DNA from: an uncultured Desulfobacula sp.
Lineage (GTDB): Bacteria > Desulfobacterota > Desulfobacteria > Desulfobacterales > Desulfobacteraceae
Assembly (NCBI GenBank): GCA_964562385.1
Contig: CAZLTD010000007.1
Span: 8,799-72,798, forward strand
DNA length: 64,000 nucleotides
Direction: 5' to 3'
Shown: in pieces, positions 17,475-27,775 of the stretch
Numbering within the stretch: the first letter of the stretch is position 1
How the letters are laid out: each line of letters starts with the position of its first letter
Notes under the pieces: model-generated
Database searches by the model: none
What the model was told of the DNA's origin: nothing
Seen by the model: only the letters and a program-made list of their open reading frames with translations
Made by a program: the position numbers and the translations under genes

Positions 17475-18383
17475 TCATACCGGATCCGTCACCTTTTTTT
17501 TATGCCGTACCTTCAGGGCAACGATGAGGGCGGAAAAAAGGATCAGGGCGACGCCTGAAATCTGAATCCATTGAATATGCTGCCCGAAAAAGACAGCTGC
17601 CAGCACCATGGTGGTCACAGGCTCAAAGGTTGACAGCATTGAGGCATTGACAGCTCCCGCATACTTGACCCCGTAAAAATAGGTAAAAATCGCGATCACG
17701 GTACAGATCAGGGCAATGGCGACGATATTGAGTATTGCCGGGACTGTGTGGGGAATAAACAAACCGGTTTTAATATTTACCAGACCGTATGTGCAGCAGG
17801 CTGACGCAATCACCACCAGGGATGCGGTAAACACATCATTTCTGGCCATGACCCTGGCGCCGGCTATATTGTACACCGCATATATCACGGCTGCACTGAC
17901 ACCGAAAAAGATGCCTTTCGCATTCCCGTTCGCCTCAAACCCGATGACCAGCACTGTTCCTGTTATGGCCAAAAACAGTGCCCCAAGCTTATCTGCGGTC
18001 AGTTTTTCATTCAAAAAAAATATTGATAACACCGCCACGATCACCGGATACAGGTAGAGCAAAATCGCCACCAGCGGTGCCGGGATCAATGTTAATGCCG
18101 TAAAAAAGCAATAGGACTGGCCAGCATACCCAAGTCCTCCCATGACAATGAGAACAGCCAGATCCTTTCCTTTGGGAAACCTTCTTTTCTGAATCAGTGC
18201 AATGGGCAGCATGATCAAAAAGGCCAGCAAAAACCGGTAAAACAGCAGAGAATAGGTGTTTATTCCTGACTTGTAGGCATAGGTGGCAAATATCGCCATC
18301 GTCCCGAAAGCCGCTGCCGAGACCAGGACAAGGATAATTCCGATATACTGTTTTCTCATATTATAATCTTTGCTGTTTTCCAA
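17475..18383 (-). CDS. EamA/DMT-family transporter
   Basis: About 10 predicted TM helices in two EamA-like halves. 302 aa. Confidence 0.8.
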   Translation of the reverse strand: MENSKDYNMRKQYIGIILVLVSAAAFGTMAIFATYAYKSGINTYSLLFYRFLLAFLIMLPIALIQKRRFPKGKDLAVLIVMGGLGYAGQSYCFFTALTLIPAPLVAILLYLYPVIVAVLSIFFLNEKLTADKLGALFLAITGTVLVIGFEANGNAKGIFFGVSAAVIYAVYNIAGARVMARNDVFTASLVVIASACCTYGLVNIKTGLFIPHTVPAILNIVAIALICTVIAIFTYFYGVKYAGAVNASMLSTFEPVTTMVLAAVFFGQHIQWIQISGVALILFSALIVALKVRHKKKVTDPV

Positions 18384-18429
18384 TGGTGATAAGTCAATCC
18401 GAACAAATTGCGCCTTTCCATGGGAAAAA

Positions 18430-19392
18430 TCAAGAATTATCTGATAAGCATGACTGTTTTTCTATGGTTTGATTTTGGGCCACCTGTTCCATGATAAATT
18501 CTTGAAAAACAGATTCTGTAAGAGTGGGTTGTTTCTGACGCAGCTGAATCAGGGAGATCTGGTTGATCACCTTGTCTTTACCCGGGAATATGGGGACAAT
18601 AAGGCCTTGTTCCGCCTCTTTTTGAATCAGATGATACGCAGTGATGGCAAGCCCCATATCAAGGCGGATACACTCTAAAAGGGCTGGATGGCTTTCAATA
18701 GCCATGACGATATTGACCTTTGGGATCGGTTTTTTAAAATAATGCCAGAACCAGTGTCTTAAAATATGGGGTTCATGCTCGTCCGTTAAAAAATCCTGGG
18801 TTACCAGGGAGTCAAAAGAGGTATCGTTGTTCAGGCGCATTTTAAAATATTTTTGGCTGCAGGCAAGCACAAAAGTTTCCTTTGCCAGGGGGCGTATCCG
18901 GTATTGTTCCGGGGGACCTATAAACTGGTCTTTGGCACTGAAATAATCCAGGACACAAAAATCAATATCATTGCTGTTCATCATCTCCAGCAGCCGGTCC
19001 GGCTCCTCAAAAATAATCTTAAACCGGACCTGGTTATATGTTTTGCGAAAATCACTACAGATCCCGGGCAGATAGGTTTTCCCGAACTCAAGGGGAGCAC
19101 CGACTCTCAAAAGCCCGAACGGCTGGTTCATGGGTTTTGAAATGTGATCGATCCGTTGTGCCAGATCCTCCATAAAAGGTTTTACAAATAAAAAAAGGGT
19201 ATCTGCGGCCCGGGTGGGGATGATCTTTTTATGGCGCCTTATAAACAAGGGTGTATTAATTTCCGACTCCAGCTTCTGAATGTGCCGGCTGATCCCGGGC
19301 TGGGTGAGGAACAGGGTGTCAGCCGCCATCTTGATGCTGTTCAATCGGTAGACATGATAAAAGACTTTCAAACGGTTTAAATCGGGTAGCAT
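18430..19392 (-). CDS. LysR-family transcriptional regulator
   Basis: N-terminal wHTH (LNRLKVFYHVYRLNSIKMAADTLFLTQPGISRHIQKLE) followed by a substrate-binding domain. Divergent from an EamA transporter gene. Confidence 0.9.
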   Translation of the reverse strand: MLPDLNRLKVFYHVYRLNSIKMAADTLFLTQPGISRHIQKLESEINTPLFIRRHKKIIPTRAADTLFLFVKPFMEDLAQRIDHISKPMNQPFGLLRVGAPLEFGKTYLPGICSDFRKTYNQVRFKIIFEEPDRLLEMMNSNDIDFCVLDYFSAKDQFIGPPEQYRIRPLAKETFVLACSQKYFKMRLNNDTSFDSLVTQDFLTDEHEPHILRHWFWHYFKKPIPKVNIVMAIESHPALLECIRLDMGLAITAYHLIQKEAEQGLIVPIFPGKDKVINQISLIQLRQKQPTLTESVFQEFIMEQVAQNQTIEKQSCLSDNS

Positions 19393-19510
19393 AAGCTTAA
19401 GGCATCCAAATCATGATTAAGATTAATTTTATTTATTTATAAATTTATTTTACCTTAGATGCAAGATTAATAAAAGATGCCCCTTTCACAGGGCCTGTTA
19501 AGGAATAATT

Positions 19511-20350
19511 ATGCTGCCCGTAACCTTATCCATCATTGCCTGCTTCGGCTGGGGAATTGCCGATTATATCGGTGGTTTTAAAAGCCGCACCCTGCCCATT
19601 TTGGGCATTTTATTTATTTCCACCTTCACCGGGGTCATCCTGCTGATGCTGGTCACCTTCGGCATGGGTGTCCCCCTGCCCCGGGATGCGAATCTTTTTT
19701 GGGCCGTGCCGGCAGGCCCCATTGGATTGGCCGCCATGTACCTGCTTTACAAAAGTCTGTCCGTGGGAACCATGTCTGTTCTGGCGCCGATCTCTGCCAC
19801 CGGTGTTATCATGCCGGTGGTCTGGGGACTTGTCTGCGGGGATGCCATGTCCGGTTTAAGTTTTGTGGGTATTGCTATTGCGATTTTCGGTAGCCTTCTG
19901 GCAGTGATGGAAAAAACACCGGGCCAGGAAACAAAGCAATTAACCAGAGGAGTTGGACTGGCTGTCGGATCTGCCTTTTTTGTAGGACTTTACTTCATTT
20001 TCATGGACACCGCCAGCACCCATCACCCGGTGTGGGCCTCGCTGATCATGAGAAGCACCACCCTTGTTTCCCTGATCCCGGCACTTTTAGTGACCCGGAC
20101 CGCCATCAAAATGGGACGGGGTAGTTTTTTAACCATCCTTTTTATGGGAATGGCCGACACCCTTGCCGCGTTTAGCTTCGCTCTGGCAACCAGCAACGGC
20201 ATGCTCAGCCAGGTCGCGGTGATCAGTGCCATGTACCCTGTTATCACCGTATCTTTATCCACCTGGTTTCTTCGGGAACGCATGGCCGGAACCCAGGCCG
20301 CTGGTGTCTTTTTTGCCATAACCGGAGTCGTCTTGATTTCAGCATTTTAG
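19511..20350 (+). CDS. EamA/DMT-family transporter
   Basis: Polytopic membrane protein, 279 aa, with the EamA repeat pattern. Divergent from the LysR gene. Confidence 0.75.
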   Translation: MLPVTLSIIACFGWGIADYIGGFKSRTLPILGILFISTFTGVILLMLVTFGMGVPLPRDANLFWAVPAGPIGLAAMYLLYKSLSVGTMSVLAPISATGVIMPVVWGLVCGDAMSGLSFVGIAIAIFGSLLAVMEKTPGQETKQLTRGVGLAVGSAFFVGLYFIFMDTASTHHPVWASLIMRSTTLVSLIPALLVTRTAIKMGRGSFLTILFMGMADTLAAFSFALATSNGMLSQVAVISAMYPVITVSLSTWFLRERMAGTQAAGVFFAITGVVLISAF

Positions 20351-20484
20351 AGGCTTTGTCAACTTTTTGTCTTATCCCCAATCCCTATTGCTTTTTTTTA
20401 TCAAACAGGATAATTTTTAATCTGTTTGTCAAACAACCTTGACAATTTGTGCCATAATAAAAACACTAAGGATCTTACAATACG

Positions 20485-21369
20485 ATGAACCGCTGCACAG
20501 GCAATCGTTTCAACCCCTTCATCAAAGCACTGCTGGTTCCTTTTTTCATTTTGACCACCCTGTCGGGATGTTCGGTCATCATGTCCTCGGCCACCTCGGA
20601 TATGATGTCCCATCTGTCCAAATCCATGTTGAACAATGATGACTTAAAACTTGTGGAAACCGGGGCACCGGCCTATCTTCTCATGGTGGACAGCCTGATC
20701 AGCAAGGACCCGGACAATGAGGACACCCTGGCCACGGCATCCATGCTCTATGCCGCCTATGCCGATGTCTTTGTAAAAGACAAGCAGCGGGCCCGTAAAA
20801 TGTCGGCCAAAGCCTTTGATTACGCCAAAAAAGCAGTCTGCCTGACCCAAAACGATGCCTGCGGCATTCAGGCCGTGAAATATGATGCATTTGAAAATGC
20901 CCTGCTCTCCTTTGAAAAAGACGATTTAAAGGCCCTGTTTGCCCTGGGGCAGTCCTGGGGCGGGTGGATCATGGCGAACAAGAGCGATGCTGCGGCCATC
21001 GCAGATCTCTCCCGCATCGAGGCTATCATGAAACGGATCATTGCCCTGGACGAAACCTTTAAAGACGGGGCACCCTTTGTTTATCTGGGGACCTTGTCAT
21101 CCTTTCTGCCGCCTGCGCTTGGCGGCCGGCCTGAAGAGGGCAAAGCCTATTTTGAAAAAGCCATTGATCTATCACAGGGAAAAAGCCTGACCGCCAAGGT
21201 AGCCTATGCCAGATTTTATGCCAGAAACATCTTTGACCGCGAGCTTCATGACCGGCTTTTAAATGATGTGATTGCGGCCAGTCCCTACGTTGACGGCCAT
21301 ACCCTTGTCAACGTCTGGGCACAAAAGCAGGCCAAACAATTATTAAACGAGGCTGATGATTACTTTTAA
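20485..21369 (+). CDS. TatT-type TPR lipoprotein associated with a TRAP transporter
   Basis: Lipobox LSGCS. Helical repeat protein immediately upstream of the DctP/Q/M genes, the same organisation as TPR-protein-associated TRAP transporters (TPATs). Confidence 0.65.
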   Translation: MNRCTGNRFNPFIKALLVPFFILTTLSGCSVIMSSATSDMMSHLSKSMLNNDDLKLVETGAPAYLLMVDSLISKDPDNEDTLATASMLYAAYADVFVKDKQRARKMSAKAFDYAKKAVCLTQNDACGIQAVKYDAFENALLSFEKDDLKALFALGQSWGGWIMANKSDAAAIADLSRIEAIMKRIIALDETFKDGAPFVYLGTLSSFLPPALGGRPEEGKAYFEKAIDLSQGKSLTAKVAYARFYARNIFDRELHDRLLNDVIAASPYVDGHTLVNVWAQKQAKQLLNEADDYF

Positions 21370-21390
21370 CACACATTTGCGGAGCCATCC

Positions 21391-22422
21391 ATGATACTGA
21401 GACCCTGCAGGTTTTTGTTTACCCTACTGATCCTTTTACTTGTCTTTAGCCAGACCGGCCAGGCAAAACCGATGAAATTTAAAATCGCCACCCTGTCACC
21501 GGATGGCTCCATGTGGATGGAAAAAATGCTGGAGGGCGCTGCCAGGGTGGCAGAACTCACCGACAAGCGGGTGACCTTTAAATTTTATCCCTCCGGCCGG
21601 ATGGGCAACGATAAAATGGTTTTAAAAAAGATCCGCATCGGCCAGCTTCACGGGGGGGCCGTTGTTACCGGAAGCCTTTCCCAGTATTTCAAGGCCAACC
21701 AGCTCTATGCCCAGCCCATGAAATTCAAGTCCCTGGATGAAATCGATTATGTCAGAAAACAGATGGACGACTTCATTATCAACGGGCTTGAGGATAAGGG
21801 GTTTGTCACCTTCGGCCTGATCGGCGGGGGCTTTTCCTATATCATGTCCAAATACCGTATCGAAACGGTCCAGGACTTAAGACAACAGAAAGTCTGGATT
21901 CCGGATAACGAAACGATATCCCAGGACGCCATCAAGGCTTTTGGCATCAATCCCATTCCGTTGCCCATTGCCGATGTCAGGATCAGCCTGCAGTCCGGCC
22001 TGATCGACACCGTGGCCACATCCCCCATGGGGGCGCTGGTGCTGCAGTGGCACACCCGGGTAAAATATGTCACCCAGATGCCGCTGATCTATCTTCATGC
22101 TGTGCTGGCCATCAGCAAAAAGCAGTTTTCAAAAGTAGGGGCGGCTGACCAGAAAATCGTCAGACAGGTCATGGGCCAGGTGACAAAACAGATCCAGGCC
22201 CAGAACCGGATTGATGATGAAAAAAACATTGAAGTCTTAAAATCCCGGGGCATTGAATTTATCCAGCCCGGCCCAAAGGCCATGGTGGAATGGGAACAGG
22301 TGGGAAAGAACGCCTCCCGAAAAATGGTTGAAACAGGAGTTTTGCCCCCCCACATCGCGGATGAGTTAGACATGCATCTAAAAAACTTTCATAAAGAAAA
22401 ACAGACCGCCGATGCCCAGTAA
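21391..22422 (+). CDS. TRAP transporter substrate-binding protein (DctP family)
   Basis: Signal peptide, then KFKIATLSPDGSMW... in the DctP-like pattern. 343 aa. Confidence 0.85.
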   Translation: MILRPCRFLFTLLILLLVFSQTGQAKPMKFKIATLSPDGSMWMEKMLEGAARVAELTDKRVTFKFYPSGRMGNDKMVLKKIRIGQLHGGAVVTGSLSQYFKANQLYAQPMKFKSLDEIDYVRKQMDDFIINGLEDKGFVTFGLIGGGFSYIMSKYRIETVQDLRQQKVWIPDNETISQDAIKAFGINPIPLPIADVRISLQSGLIDTVATSPMGALVLQWHTRVKYVTQMPLIYLHAVLAISKKQFSKVGAADQKIVRQVMGQVTKQIQAQNRIDDEKNIEVLKSRGIEFIQPGPKAMVEWEQVGKNASRKMVETGVLPPHIADELDMHLKNFHKEKQTADAQ

Positions 22423-22906
22423 TTCACCTGTGATTAAATTTCTTCATAAAATTGAAGATACCATCCTTATTGGGATGCTGCTGGCCATGATCATCATGGC
22501 GGTTCTCCAGATTGTGCTGCGCAACCTGTTTGACTCCGGAATTTTCTGGGGGGACGGGCTTGTCAAGGTCCTGGTGTTGTGGATCGGCCTTGTGGGTGCC
22601 ATGATCGCCAGCCGAAATAACCACCACATCAGCATTGACGTGATCTCAAGGTTCCTGCCGCCTGGCTTGAAAAAGCTGTCCAACCTTATCATATCCATAT
22701 TTACCACAGCCATCTGCTGGATCATGACATGGTACAGTTTCTCTTTTGTAATGCTGGAAAAAGAGGACAACATGACCGCATTTGCCGATGTGCCGGTCTG
22801 GATCTGTGAAAGCATCATCCCCGTCGCCTTTGGCATTATCGGCCTAAGATACCTGATATTCTCATTTCAGAGCCTTATCCTTCTGTTTAAACGGCAGGTT
22901 CCATGA
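22412..22906 (+). CDS. TRAP transporter small permease (DctQ family)
   Basis: 164 aa, 4 TM helices. Overlaps both the upstream and downstream genes. Confidence 0.85.
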   Translation: MPSNSPVIKFLHKIEDTILIGMLLAMIIMAVLQIVLRNLFDSGIFWGDGLVKVLVLWIGLVGAMIASRNNHHISIDVISRFLPPGLKKLSNLIISIFTTAICWIMTWYSFSFVMLEKEDNMTAFADVPVWICESIIPVAFGIIGLRYLIFSFQSLILLFKRQVP

Positions 22907-24183
22907 TCTATCTGCTGATTGCCATACTTATCCTGCTGGCGCTTTTGGGTGCCCCGCTGTTTACCGTTATTATCGCAGGCGCCATGATGGGGTTTTATGC
23001 CTCGGACATAGATCTGTCCGTCATGGCCATTGAGCTTTACCGCATTGCAGACACCCCGATTCTTTTGGCCCTGCCGCTTTTTACCTTTGCCGGATATCTC
23101 CTGGGAGAGAGCAACACATCGGCCAGACTGGTGCGCCTGACCCGTGCATTTTTCGGGTGGATGCCCGGCGGTCTTGCCATTGTGGCCTTTATTGTCTGCG
23201 CCCTTTTTACCGCCTTTACCGGCGCCTCCGGCGTTACCATCGTGGCCATGGGGGCTCTTTTGTATCCTGCATTAAAACAGGCCGGCTACAAGGATCGTTT
23301 CAGTCTCGGACTTGTGACCACCTCGGGCAGTTTAGGATTGCTGCTGCCCCCCTCTTTGCCCCTTATCCTGTACGGCGTTATTGCCCAGCAGATGAGCCAG
23401 GGACAAGACATCTCCATTGAAAAACTGTTTATTGCAGGAATTTTGCCTGCCCTTTTAATGATCCTTTTGCTCTCTTTATGGAGCATCTGGGCCAATCGGA
23501 AGCATCCTATCCCGCTGACACCGTTCTCGGTTAAAAACGCCATGTCTGCGATCCGGGAATCCATCTGGGAAATCCCGCTGCCGATTTTTGTATTCACCGG
23601 GATCTATTCCGGGTACTTTGCTGTTTCCGAGGCAGCCGCCGTTACCGCCATGTACGTATTAATCGTGGAAGTCTTTATCTACAAAGAGATCAAATTCTCA
23701 AAACTTACCGCCATTATCAAGGAATCCATGGTCATGGTGGGGGGCATCCTTTTAATTTTAGGCGTATCCCTGGCATTTACCAACTACCTGATCGATGCCG
23801 AAGTCCCGGTGAAACTGTTTGAAATCTGCCAGACCTTTGTATCCAGCAAACTTGTCTTTCTCATTCTGCTTAATGTATTTCTGCTGCTCCTGGGCGCCAT
23901 GCTGGATATCTTTTCCGCCATTATTATCATGGTGCCGCTGATGCTGCCCGTGGCCCTGCAATACGGCGTTGATCCCATCCACCTGGGCATCATTTTTCTG
24001 GCCAACATGCAGATCGGTTATTTCACCCCGCCGGTGGGCATGAACCTGTTTATTGCAGGATACCGGTTCAATAAACCGATCATGGTTATTTACAGGGCCA
24101 CCATCCCCTTCATGCTGGTACTGCTTTTAGCTGTCATCATCATCACCTACTGGCCCTGGTTGTCACTGGTGTTCATACGGTAA
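22903..24183 (+). CDS. TRAP transporter large permease (DctM family)
   Basis: 426 aa polytopic protein with DctM-type motifs (FTAFTGASGVTI, GYFTPPVGMNLF). Confidence 0.9.
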   Translation: MIYLLIAILILLALLGAPLFTVIIAGAMMGFYASDIDLSVMAIELYRIADTPILLALPLFTFAGYLLGESNTSARLVRLTRAFFGWMPGGLAIVAFIVCALFTAFTGASGVTIVAMGALLYPALKQAGYKDRFSLGLVTTSGSLGLLLPPSLPLILYGVIAQQMSQGQDISIEKLFIAGILPALLMILLLSLWSIWANRKHPIPLTPFSVKNAMSAIRESIWEIPLPIFVFTGIYSGYFAVSEAAAVTAMYVLIVEVFIYKEIKFSKLTAIIKESMVMVGGILLILGVSLAFTNYLIDAEVPVKLFEICQTFVSSKLVFLILLNVFLLLLGAMLDIFSAIIIMVPLMLPVALQYGVDPIHLGIIFLANMQIGYFTPPVGMNLFIAGYRFNKPIMVIYRATIPFMLVLLLAVIIITYWPWLSLVFIR

Positions 24184-24557
24184 ACAACCAGCGTTTAAAG
24201 CCATCTATCACTTCCCAAAAGACTTTTGATTCTTTTATCCGAGAATGACAAGAAATTGAATCTGCATATTTAATACATTTGTAAAACGGCACCGCAAAAA
24301 TACGTCAGCAGAATCTCAAACCAGCATTTTCAAAATTATGAGTTTTCCCTTATTGCGCAAGCACAAATAAAAGTGTACGAAAAAGAGACGGTACGTTAAA
24401 TACTCACCGGACGATATCTCTGAACTATAATGATAACCCGGCAAGGCTATCTGCAACATAACATGCTCCAGGTTGGCTGATCAGTTTTCCCTGCTACCTG
24501 TGTTGTTGTTCTCAATTGATACATCAGCCACATCACCAGGGCAGAAAAGGAGGATCT

Positions 24558-25425
24558 GTGGAAATCGAAGCCAGAATACGCCGGGCTGAGCTGTCCCGGC
24601 TGGAAGCCGAAAGGCTAAACCTTGCTCTGGAAGCAAAAGAGATCGAAAAAAGACTGAACACACGGTGGTGGGAGCCGGTATCTTCTGGCCATTGTCATCA
24701 CAGCCGCCCTCCTGTTCGGGTGGACGCGGGTCTATTTAGAACCCATCCTCAGAAAAGAGGCTGAGGTAAATTCACTTGCCCAAAAACGGAACGCCACTCT
24801 CAATGAACTGCTCGATGCAAAGTACAAAAAAGCCCAACAGCAGCGGATCGAGATATCCACAAAAAAAGATGCACTTGAAAAAGAAGCTGAAAGCCTGCGG
24901 ATTAAAAAATCAAAACTTATTGAGGCGCAGGAAGAGCTGGGATATATGCAGCACGCTCTGAAATCCAATGTAGCCGGTCTCAAGCTGGCCGTTGACATGG
25001 CGGCGGAGGGAGAGAAAAAGTTTTTCTCCATATTAAACCGGGATGACCCCATTAATAAGCTCACATCCTACGGGTGGCGTATGCACAGTGACAACTATTT
25101 CAGGCAATTAGGATACTATTTGATTATCCAGCACGATGATGTCCTGGCCGGAAGGAAGATCATCGTTGGCCGCGCATTGGAGACAGACAAATTAAAAAAG
25201 GATAATCCCGAAAAATGGCAAAAAACGGTTGCGCAGATATATGATTCCACCGGCCCGTTACTGGCCCTGGATTACAGTTACCTGAGCCTTTTGGCAGATG
25301 AAAGCGCACCTGCCGGGGGTGTCATTTACATGCCGGATAAAAAAGCGGTTGAATTCTATTTTCCGCTCAGCCAGTGGAGCAACCGGCTGTCTGCACTCTT
25401 TAAAAAGCAGACGCCTGCCCCGTAG
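24558..25425 (+). pseudogene. Coiled-coil single-pass membrane protein, reading frame broken by a +1 shift near 24672
   Basis: GTG at 24558 follows AAGGAGG. Frame 3 gives VEIEARIRRAELSRLEAERLNLALEAKEIEKRLNTRWW. Frame 1 is open from 24658 with no start codon and continues SRYLLAIVITAALLFGW (TM), coiled coil and a 150-aa C-terminal domain. The junction is in GGTGGTGGG. Confidence 0.6.
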
Positions 25426-25529
25426 AGAAAATCTGCGGTCTCTCTCATCGCAGCGTTCAATGTCAGGCGCATCCACTCATCGCAGATGAGCCTGATAAAG
25501 GATAAAGAGACCTGCCCCGGATATCCGGG

Positions 25530-25841
25530 TTAACAACTGCCGGCAGAGCCGCAGCCGCCACAGTCTGATTCCGGCATAACCATATTTGTATCGATCTTAT
25601 ATCCCATTTGTGTGAAATCAATTGTCACAGGGGATGCCTGGGCATAAAGTTCCTTGTCTATCACATAGGGATGATTTCCAACTTCAAAGATTTCGTCACT
25701 CTCTTTAGACTCATCCAGAGCCATTGCAAAGGAAGGGCCCCCTCAACCGCCTGAATTAAGAAAAATCCTTATGGGGGTTATCTGTTTATCTTTAAAATAT
25801 CCTGCTATTTCCTGCTGTGCTTTTTGTGTAACGTTTAACAT
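25530..25841 (-). CDS. HesB/IscA-like selenoprotein (in-frame TGA = Sec at 25745-25743)
   Basis: ATG at 25841 follows AGGAG. Translation: MLNVTQKAQQEIAGYFKDKQITPIRIFLNSGG-U-GGPSFAMALDE...DCGGCGSAGSC. The TGA sits exactly where IscA/HesB proteins have the first cluster-ligand Cys (GGCxG). The track lists only the part downstream of the TGA. Confidence 0.75.
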
Positions 25842-26038
25842 CTTATAGGCTCCTGTATAAATTTAAGGTGTCTGGGTGAAAAACTGCTTTAATTAGTATT
25901 GATCACATTATACAAGAACGTAAATTGAAATGGTTTGACATAGATCAAGAGTGTGAAATTAAAAAATGCGTCTTATGAGGTAACACCTACTTCTGGACCG
26001 GGCAGGTGCTGCATTTGACATTTTAAACCCGACAGCTT

Positions 26039-26404
26039 ATGACTCAGGATATGAACACAAAGGAAAAAGAAAAAATCAGACAGGCCATTGTAGAAAAAAT
26101 ACGCACCCTGAAAAAGAAGGTGGCAACTTACAGGGACCTGTCAAAGCCTGTGGCGCCGGACAACGCCATTGGCAGGATTACACGCATGGAGGCTATCAAC
26201 AGCAGAAGTATTAATGAAGCTTCCCTTGCAAAGGCAACACAAACCTTAAAAGATCTTAAAAAATCCCTTGGGCTCATTGACGATCCGGATTTCGGATACT
26301 GCAGGCATTGCGAGGAGCCCATTTCCTATAAAAGGCTGCTGATTATGCCTGAGGCCACCTTGTGTGTGGCATGTGCCCACAAGATTCAAATGAACCGTAC
26401 CTGA
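26039..26404 (+). CDS. DksA/TraR-family C4 zinc-finger protein
   Basis: C-terminal CRHCEEPISYKRLLIMPEATLCVAC four-Cys finger preceded by a coiled-coil region. Confidence 0.85.
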   Translation: MTQDMNTKEKEKIRQAIVEKIRTLKKKVATYRDLSKPVAPDNAIGRITRMEAINSRSINEASLAKATQTLKDLKKSLGLIDDPDFGYCRHCEEPISYKRLLIMPEATLCVACAHKIQMNRT

Positions 26405-26572
26405 ACAAACCAGCCTGACATTCAAAACAACATCGCCTCGTGAAATGTTGGGGTTAGTATGGTATGGTGGCCGGACAAAGCTGCAGAGCGGCACGGCCAT
26501 GTCTGGCAATGGGTATGAACCGTATTCGATCTGTTCGGGATTTCTGTCAATGCACAAAAAAAGGCGAATAAA

Positions 26573-27298
26573 ATGAGTGTGATGTACGAGGAATTGGATT
26601 TTCAGCCGACCCCTATCGGAGATTTGATGCTGCGGCGCCGCCGTTTGATTCAGCTTGGGGGTCTTGATATCTATGAAATAAAGCTTGGGGAGTATTTTTT
26701 AATGACCAGCCTGTTTCATGAGGCGGAAGTTCAGCTCTCCAGGCGTGGGCTCGGCGATCTGGATAAAGACAACCTCGACGTTGTGATCGGGGGCCTTGGC
26801 CTGGGATACACTGCGGTTGCCGCACTGGAAGATGAGCGGGTAAGCTCTCTGGTGGTTGTGGAGTATTTAAAACCGGTGATCGAGTGGCACCAAAAAGGGC
26901 TTGTCCCGCTGGGAGAGATCTTGGCAAAAGATCCTAAGTGCCAGCTGGTGCATGGCGATTTTTTTGCCCTGTCCCGGGATGTGGCACAAAGCTTTGACCC
27001 ACAGGATCCTGTAAAAAAACATGACGCCATTCTATTAGATATCGATCACTCTCCAACCAATGTACTGCACCAGACCAATACACGTTTCTATACGGAAGAA
27101 GGGCTGACAGAACTTGCCCAACACTTGAAACCCGGCGGGGTGTTTGGCCTGTGGGCAGACGGTTTCCCCCAAGAGTCCTTTACCAGCCTTCTGGGCAGGG
27201 TTTTTGACAGCGCACAGGCGCACACCATTGAGTTTGACAATCCTTTAACCGGGGGCTCGTCCGAAGGTGCTGTTTACGTGGCAAAAGCGGGAGTGTAA
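26573..27298 (+). CDS. Spermidine-synthase-like (class I SAM-fold) protein
   Basis: [11 protein letters not shown] glycine-rich motif, [11 protein letters not shown], and GGVFGLW. Confidence 0.7.
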   Translation: MSVMYEELDFQPTPIGDLMLRRRRLIQLGGLDIYEIKLGEYFLMTSLFHEAEVQLSRRGLGDLDKDNLDVVIGGLGLGYTAVAALEDERVSSLVVVEYLKPVIEWHQKGLVPLGEILAKDPKCQLVHGDFFALSRDVAQSFDPQDPVKKHDAILLDIDHSPTNVLHQTNTRFYTEEGLTELAQHLKPGGVFGLWADGFPQESFTSLLGRVFDSAQAHTIEFDNPLTGGSSEGAVYVAKAGV

Positions 27299-27317
27299 CA
27301 AAAAATTGGAACATGAG

Positions 27318-27770
27318 ATGAAAATATGGGTGGATGCTGATGCCTGCCCCAGGGTGATTAAAGAAATTTTATTCAGGGCTGCCCAGCGAACCGGTATCCA
27401 GCTGACGCTTGTTGCCAATCAAAAGATGGCGGTGCCACGACTGCGCTGCATTAAAACGGTTCAGGTTTCATCCGGTTTTGATGAGGCGGACAAAGAGATC
27501 CTTAAACGCCTTGACCCGGGAGACCTTGTCATCACAAGTGATATCCAACTGGCAGCCCAGGTATTGGAAAAGGGCGGTGATGCACTCAATCCCCGGGGGG
27601 ACCTTTTTTGTGAGGATACGATCCGGGATCGGTTGAACATGAGAGAATTCAAGGATACGTTGCGGGCGGGCGGGATCGATACCGGGGGACCTGCGGCACT
27701 GAACCAGAAAAACCGGAATGCCTTTGCCGGTCACTTGGACAGGTTGTTATCCCGGTATCAGGGAACCTGA
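27318..27770 (+). CDS. YaiI/YqxD family protein (UPF0178/DUF188)
   Basis: [22 protein letters not shown] is the family signature N-terminus. The start at 27318 is preferred over 27267. Confidence 0.85.
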   Translation: MKIWVDADACPRVIKEILFRAAQRTGIQLTLVANQKMAVPRLRCIKTVQVSSGFDEADKEILKRLDPGDLVITSDIQLAAQVLEKGGDALNPRGDLFCEDTIRDRLNMREFKDTLRAGGIDTGGPAALNQKNRNAFAGHLDRLLSRYQGT

Positions 27771-27775
27771 TTTTT

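Noticed and set aside
25516-25529. CCCGG-ATAT-CCGGG hairpin between convergent genes as a bidirectional terminator
   Set aside because: The stem is only 5 bp and has no flanking T/A tracts, so it is too weak to call.
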